NCBI GenBank assembly: GCA_030141605.1
Contig: JAQGDQ010000003.1
Location: 1,116,001-1,180,000, forward strand
Reading direction: 5' to 3'
DNA length: 64,000 nt
From: Tubiluchus corallicola
Lineage: Eukaryota; Animalia; Priapulida
Position numbers and translations under genes: made by a program. Below the pieces are notes generated by a model that was given only the letters and a program-made list of their open reading frames with translations, was not told the origin of the DNA and ran no database searches. Positions 48,097 through 64,000 of the stretch are shown here, one piece after another. Position 1 is the first letter of the stretch. Each line of letters opens with the position of its first letter.

Positions 48097-50172
48097 ATAG
48101 AAAAAAACAAGAACACTAGTGGATAAAATTCGAGAAAAGCTGAAAAATAACCAGTAACACCAGTATCACTTCTGAGTAAAAAATTAATAAAACAAAACAA
48201 TGCACACTATAATTAATAGTTTATCGGTTAATAGAAGGCTATACACGGGTTGAGACAGACATTGAACTTTAATATGCGATGCAAGCAAATCTTCTAGGCT
48301 ATAGGTTATTGGTTAACGCAGCCCTTGGTTGATGTTATTTAAAACAAACAAAAAAAAACACAACGCATGTTCCCCATTTTGCAGTGGTCTTAGGCCACTA
48401 TAGGAAACTTACGTAGACAATCTTCACGTGGTAGCCTAGTCCACCTTCCTCGATCGATCGTTAAGTGATAAGACTCACGTCCTTGAAAACAATCCGCTCT
48501 TTTTCATAAACTTTGGGTTTCATTTGCACAGTATTCACTATCTCATTTTTTATTTTAGCAAAACGTTGAAACGTTTTTATTGGCGTTGTTAGTGTGATAT
48601 GTACCTCAGATATAATAAATACCTTTTAAATATTCAAAAATGTTTTGTGAATACACTGTATGTATTCAAAGGTAATTATTAAATTATCCTCTAACGCTCA
48701 CTTATTTCTAAGTAGCTCCAGATTTTTGGGTAGTCGCAGACATGTACCTCAAAACGGGTTACTGAGTTGCAAACATTGACATTACATTCATCTGTGCTTG
48801 AATGTGAAACTAAAAGCAAGTTTCATCGGTTTTCAGGGAGCATTTTGGGGACTAATGAGTGGACTCGTAGTTGGTGTAATCAGAATGGCTTTAGACTTCG
48901 GTTATGGAACACCATCTTGTGGTGAAGAAGACAATCGACCCGCTATCGTAGCAAATGTCCATTTTCTGCACTTTGCCATCATCCTTTTCGTCTTTTGCGT
49001 ACTCGTGACGATTGCTGTGTCGCTCTTGACAAAGCCGGTTTCTGATAAACAGTTAAAACGCCTAACATTTGCAACAAGGTTCGCTGAAATTAGTTTTGAC
49101 GATGTAGGAAGCGGTGACAATTCACAAGTTAATGCTCAATCTCCAGAAAGTGGAAATGTGGATGCAGCTGCTCCATCGGAAACAAAAGCAGGCAAGTATT
49201 GCAGAAAATGATAATACAGAAATTATTTAACAGATACTGTACATGTTAACCGACACTGCAAGAAGGTCACTTTCGTTCCAGGGACTGTTGGGCATAGATT
49301 TCTTTAGTCACAGCGCGTGTTAAACATATGCCGGTTCTTGAATGAACACATTATACTAATAGTAATAATAACCTTTATTTAAAGTCAGCTTTAATTCAGT
49401 AGCCTACACAAGCCATGAGGCTTTTATCGCCGACTGCAAACAATAAATTACACCTACATTAACAGAGATTGTTATTTTATTACTTCGCTTTTATCCTAAT
49501 TACCAACAGCAGGTACCATTTTTAAAGACTTTGGTATGAGCTAGCCGCGGTATCGAACACATAATCTCTCAGACGAAAAACATACACATTATCCATTAGA
49601 TATGCAGTCGAATGTGTCTAAATTATGAAAAACAATTAGGCTAAGCTGCTCTATTTTGTAACACACATTTAAACTCCAGCTGCTCATACGGTCCTCTTCC
49701 GAAGTGGACGAATGGACATCAAATCTTGTCATTCGGTTATCTGTCACTGAACATTGTACATCACAAAAGTGATAATGTTTTCAGTTTTATAACCAATTTA
49801 TATTCAGTGATAGCTGACTGAAATAAATGAACAACCAAACAAACAACATCATAAAATGGTAGAAATAAGATATGCCTACTTCTTAAAAAAGAGATGAATT
49901 GTACACCTTTAGACGATCGTTGTAGGGATCGATCATTATTGATCCGTGAAAGTAAAAAAGCCGGGAAAAATACAAAGCAAAAAAGTCAAAAGTAAAAACT
50001 GGTTATTGGATAAACACGGGAACTGTCCTTAAAATAGGTTTGTAAATGATACTTAAAAAAGCGCTGGTCTGGATTCGTAATCGTTTTACTTGTAAAGCTA
50101 AGATATTATAGTTAAGTTATATGTAAGTTAAGCTATTATGATATGTAATTACGATATATCCGATATCCGATA

Positions 50173-50220
<48 letters not shown>

Positions 50221-51125
50221 GATTTTATTCGCACACATTACATATGCATGTATGTATATTATTTAATTTTGTATTCTTGTAATTTTTACTGTGATGTAAT
50301 GGTAACAAATACTAATGGCATCTCACAAATTGAAAAAACCTATTACATCTGCTTTAGCAAATTTTATCTAACGGCATTATTTTGTCGCTGACACAGAAAT
50401 ACTGGCCTTGTTTCTTACTTTCTAGCAAATGCAAATTTCTAATAACTACTCCTAAGTTAAAGTAAAGCCGCTGTACATAATATGCATGTACACACTTATT
50501 GTCCGGTAATGTTTATACGCGTGCATTACGCTTTTTGTCGAAACTTGCGTATGCAAGAAATTACTGTGCCCAACATGTCGTGTGCCCTATCTGTTCTTGA
50601 TGCGTGAATCCAAAAGTATCTTGGTCAATATACGCCGTGTACCACAACGCATGTGTGTACATAAGTAAATGCGTCAGTTGTGTTGTGTGTCTAAAGTAAA
50701 TGTCCCTGCGCCAAAAAGTTTGAGGCGAAAGTGGCTTTGCCAAAAAGTTTGTGCCAAAAAAAACCTTAGCACCCAAATGCAGTGGCAGCTGCAGACTGCT
50801 ACAGCTGCAAATTATACTACAGTACTATACTACGTCTAATATTATTAATCGATTTATAATGAATTTATAAGTACTTAGGTACTGAATGTGAGCAGTTACA
50901 ACATTAACCTATTTTTTGTGTTTAGATCGTTCTAGTGTACTCTGGAATTTATTTTGTGCCCTTGTATGTGGGGCTGAAAGTCTGGAAGAGCGCACAATTC
51001 ATCGTGCACAAGAAAAACAACATCTCCACTCTATCATCGAGGATCCCAAATGGCGTCTCTTTGCGAATGTTAATGCAGCGTTAGTGGCTTCATTCGGTGT
51101 ATTTGTCTGGGTCTTATTCTGGTGA
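42733..51125 (+). CDS. SLC5 family sodium/glucose cotransporter-like protein, copy 1, ~654 aa, 12 exons
   Basis: Exons 42733-42837, 43766-43837, 44186-44290, 44582-44746, 45379-45565, 45860-46068, 46429-46564, 47041-47148, 47267-47420, 47729-47897, 48837-49191 (GC donor), 50926-51125. Motifs [71 protein letters not shown]. Start chosen by accATGG context and alignment with copy 2; an in-frame upstream ATG at 42652 is an alternative. Confidence 0.95.
42900..43312. mobile_element. hAT-like MITE in intron 1 of SLC5 copy 1
   Basis: TIR AGGGTTGTAA / TTACAACCCT (perfect 10 bp); 8-bp TSD CTTATTAT / CTTGTTAC (6/8); many internal AGTTCC/GGAACT motifs. Confidence 0.8.
47942..48095. repeat. (CAA)n/(CAG)n compound microsatellite, SLC5 copy 1 intron 10
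   Basis: Directly visible. Confidence 0.97.
49355..49607 (-). mobile_element. tRNA-derived SINE with Meta-like core and a LINE-derived stem-loop tail
   Basis: Minus strand: TATCTAATGG (A box), GTTCGATACC (B box), CATACCAAAGTCTTTAAAAATGGTACCTGCTG core; tail CAGTCGG..TAAAAGCCT..GACTTTAAATAAAG followed by ATT-like repeats. Confidence 0.7.
50178..50219. repeat. (AT)n microsatellite
   Basis: Directly visible. Confidence 0.97.
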
Positions 51126-51964
51126 GACGAGCGAGTGGCAACATTAAGGCTTATTTTATGATATAAGTGATAAATTGATAGTTTTGTACAGGTACAAATG
51201 TTAAGATTGATTAAAGTTACCTTTCACTTGTTTTGTAAATATCTGATGGAATATAATATTCATTATTAATGATATGAAATTTTCTATTGGCTTATTCTTT
51301 TTTCAAACAATTGTTGTTTGGCTTTATAAGGATATAACAGTGTTTATTAGATAAAATAAGCAAGCGCAAGTATGGATTCAAAAGTTTGCAACGCAAAGCA
51401 ACTAATCCACAATTAATACGCAGCAGTGGCATTTCATTTCAAAAGATTGTTTATGTAGTATGAAAATTACAGATTACGGATCAAAACATTTTGCAATTAT
51501 ACTATTATTATGCGGAAAATCTCAGTTTTTCATTATTCAAGTTTTTTTCGGCGAAAGGCATCAATATTTTTTTGCGAAATTAACCAATAATCAAATACCA
51601 CATTTTTTATTAATTTTTTGTTGTGGTGGTGTTAGGCGTTTGTGTTACTACATTCTCCTATAAGCTTATCTGACCGCAGCACTCGCTCTTCGTCGGTTCA
51701 TTCAGCATTATCAACAAAAAACTTATTTTTAATAAGCTTGCATGTAAAACTTAAATGTAGGTGTACATACTTAGTCGTATGAGAAAACCAAACCAATAAG
51801 CTTGAGGCAAGAAAACAGCTTACAGCACTTCTCTCAATTTTTCTTTCTTTTCTTCCCTTTTCTTTCTTCCTTCCTTCACTTCTTTCCTTTTTGCTTACCT
51901 CCTTTTCAACATTTTCATGTTCTCACTCTCTTTCCTATCTAACGAGCAACGATGATCCCTTAAA

Positions 51965-52135
51965 TATCACACTGAACTATCAGAAGTGGCTCAGCCACGT
52001 TCAGAGAAGTGTACACCCTCCCTTGACTAAATAAAAAGCAAGGGGCAATATGACAGATAAAACTACTCACAAGCAGTATTTCTGGGTGTCACCCATCAAT
52101 TTACTAACCATGTTCGTTGTTGCTTAATTTCGGTT
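51965..52135 (-). mobile_element. 5S rRNA-derived element (SINE3-like or 5S pseudogene with structured 3' extension)
   Basis: Minus strand 52135-52063 CCGAAATTAAGCAACAACGAACATGGTTAGTAAATTGATGGGTGACACCCAGAAATAC..GTAG aligns with the internal promoter half of 5S rRNA (A box, IE, C box); the 5' third of 5S is missing. Confidence 0.7.
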
Positions 52136-53597
52136 GCTTAGCATACCCCATCAAAATTTCAGCTATTCCCTATTCCCTCTTCTTTCTTTTTCTCTCATTA
52201 TTTCTGCTAATTCCAACACCTTTAACTGCTCTTTTTCTCAAAGTTTTTATCTCGTTATCAGTATCTGTATCCCCATTTGCTTTACTTTCAAACTACATTT
52301 CAATTGTTATACATGTGCCACAAAAATTGTTTCCTTACCAGACACTTTTTTCTGAGCAAATCAATGACAGCCTAATTAAATCTTTGAGCGTTCAGTAAAA
52401 TTTTTAGTTTAAATTTTGCTAGACATCCATTACTTCCTCAACAACTGCCCATTACTTAATAAATAAAAAGTACAACATACGGCTTACATTTCACAATAAC
52501 GATCTTTAAGTGAACAGATGCGAAGAAAAAATCAGTCTTAAACTAATGAAAGTCTAAGGGCTTCATTTACTAGTTATACAAGTTGCAAGGAAGACGTACA
52601 GTTACGAAGTGCACTAAGTAACACGTAAGTAACAGTAATCGTATATTAACGTAATGATTTTTCTGAAAAACACAGCTAGATTGAAATTGACAAGTGGGCT
52701 ATAACGTCAGCCAAACAGGAATATTTTAAGGATATTTCTTAAATTATCACGTTTATAATTAACGTTTTATGAAATGTACATGTAAGCAATTTAGTCGAAA
52801 TTTCACTTTTTACTTTTTACACAGTTCGATTCACTGCAAGTGTGGATTATCCCGCATTCAACGCCATGGCAGATTATTCTGTTTTGTAAAGAATATGTGT
52901 AAGCAATATAGCCGAAATGTTTCTTTTTTTATAGTTCAATTCTGTGCAAATAGAATCCGAAACAGTCTATATAGAACGGGTCTAAATGACTGCGGTGAGA
53001 CTAGATGATTACTTTAGATGATTTTGGCGAGAGCAGGTAATTCCTTATCAAGGATAGTCCTGTAAGATGAGACATTGAACTGACAGAGGCGGATGGAGTG
53101 GATAGATTTGGAGCGATGGGAATAGTGAGTGAAAAACGCATGTGTTTAGTGAATGAAAATAAAAAAAACAAACATCGAGCCTGACCGGTAAACGATCTTC
53201 TGGGCACAATGATCTATAATACTGCACTGTAGTTGTCTTACTGAGACAGGTACACGCATCCGAAGCAAGCCGCCGAACTGTCTGAGCTGAAAGTACCTTA
53301 TAACTCTATTGATGGTCTAATACTTTACTCAGAATGTACTTAGGCGCAAAGATGCCAAAATGTAGTGTATGACTGGGTATGACGTGTAATGGACTGCAAA
53401 CAATCCCAGAGCAATAATACCGAGTCTCCTGAGCCCCGCTGCGATGCAATGGCTACAACCCCTATTAGTGGGTCCTGCCTTTGAGTTTCTGGATCCCGTA
53501 CAGAGTGCCTAAAACTCAGTGAGGCAAGCGATGGGGCAGTATAGTAGACGAATCTTCATTTAAGCTTCATAGTAAAACTTCTTCAAGCAGGCTAGTA

Positions 53598-53945
53598 GTG
53601 GCCCAAAATAACGCTTTAAAAACAAGAGCAAAATACTCAGCCACAGCGAATAGGGAAAAACTAAAAATACCCACTGTAGATTCCAGTTTCCAATTACATT
53701 CACAAATTTTTCTTTATAAATATTTAAACAATTTGATGCCAGCTTTCAGTGCCAATCAGCTTACATTTAATATCGAAAAAATGCTAAACCAAAGAACACA
53801 CAGCATAAAACAAATAAATACAAATAATAAATATGGACACAATTCAGTCTGCAAAACGCCAATGAATACATGGAATGCTTGCCAATTTAATGTGAAATCT
53901 GCAGTGACACTAAAAAATTCAAAAATGAACTGAAAAATACTATAT
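53598..53945 (+). mobile_element. CR1/L2-clade LINE ORF2 C-terminal relic
   Basis: QNNALK..LKIPTV..FLYKYLNNLMP..YGHNS..WNA..VKSAVTLKNSK fits the post-RT C-terminal pattern of CR1/Crack/L2 ORF2. Confidence 0.7.
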
Positions 53946-54595
53946 ACTAGCCTTCAAACATCAAACAAGAGAGGGCAAAAGATCTTACCCACCTAGTTAC
54001 AGTGTTACGCAATCTTACATAATGTACACCTACATAAATAGTGCATCACCTGAATTTACATCACGCTGACACAAGGTTTACCCAGTATTTGGTTTCATAG
54101 TCCGTATAATACTTCGCTGCTAAGTCTTTCGAGGATACTAAAAATTAGCGAAAAGGGGTATGATTTTTTTTATTTTGGTTACTGTGGTTAAACTACAGTT
54201 TCATTACTGCAGTTAGTACAGGTGCTGTTTTTTTAAGTCTGCTGTTACTGATCCTATACATGGACAAAAATTCAACGAGCATGGTTGATTAATTTATTTA
54301 CATGGCACAATTCAGTATGAACAACGATTATACACAACATGAATCGAGGTGGAGTTGCAGTTTATATTCTATCAAGAAAGATATTTTGAAATAAATACTA
54401 GGCATGATAAGATTGATGTTATAAGCGCCATGACCTTTGAGCAATTGGCACATGTATGTTACAATTTTGTTGCAGTTCTTGGCACAGATTAATCGGACTG
54501 TTCACAACCTCAGTGAAGTGTCTTTCCCTAGACGAACAACTGTTACGATATCGTGCTAGTACGTATAGTTATCACAATGGAAAGCTAACTTTATC

Positions 54596-63771
<9,176 letters not shown>

Positions 63772-64000
63772 AAAGACAACTATATGGCAGTCAAATGCTC
63801 AAACGCGCTATGACGATTTAAAACAAGTTTTTTTTGTTAACTCATTGTCTTATTTTAATTAGTTTTAGACCTTGTAATGACAACATTATCATAAACAAAT
63901 TAAATAATGGTATTGTTTTAAGTAATTCTGTTATGTTTGAATGCATTCACAAAAGAAGATGAATAGTGTTAGCATTTTGTTTTTTATCATTAGCACGACA

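Overview
AT-rich, microsatellite-rich genomic DNA from an invertebrate animal (species not determinable from sequence). It holds four intron-containing protein genes, all on the + strand, whose exon chains I reconstructed by hand with consistent splice phases: (1) a 16-exon GABA-B-receptor-like class C GPCR (7262-28875, ~802 aa); (2) an 8-exon serine beta-lactamase/PBP-fold hydrolase with an N-terminal membrane anchor (31299-38854, ~443 aa); (3,4) two tandem 12-exon SLC5/SGLT-like sodium:solute symporters (42733-51125, ~654 aa; 54596-63771, ~678 aa). Two introns require GC donors. Introns and spacers carry many transposon relics: two copies of a TGT...ACA long-TIR element, a BEL/Pao gag-protease relic, an Academ-like coding relic, hAT- and pogo-like MITEs, Helitron-like elements, two tRNA/Meta-type SINEs with different tails, a 5S-derived element and CR1/L2-type LINE ends. 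The most notable oddities are dead tandem copies of a receptor exon that appear to have diverged under coding constraint, and altered ligand, substrate or catalytic-motif residues in all three protein families. I found no prokaryote-type system (CRISPR, operon) and no clearly novel multi-gene system.
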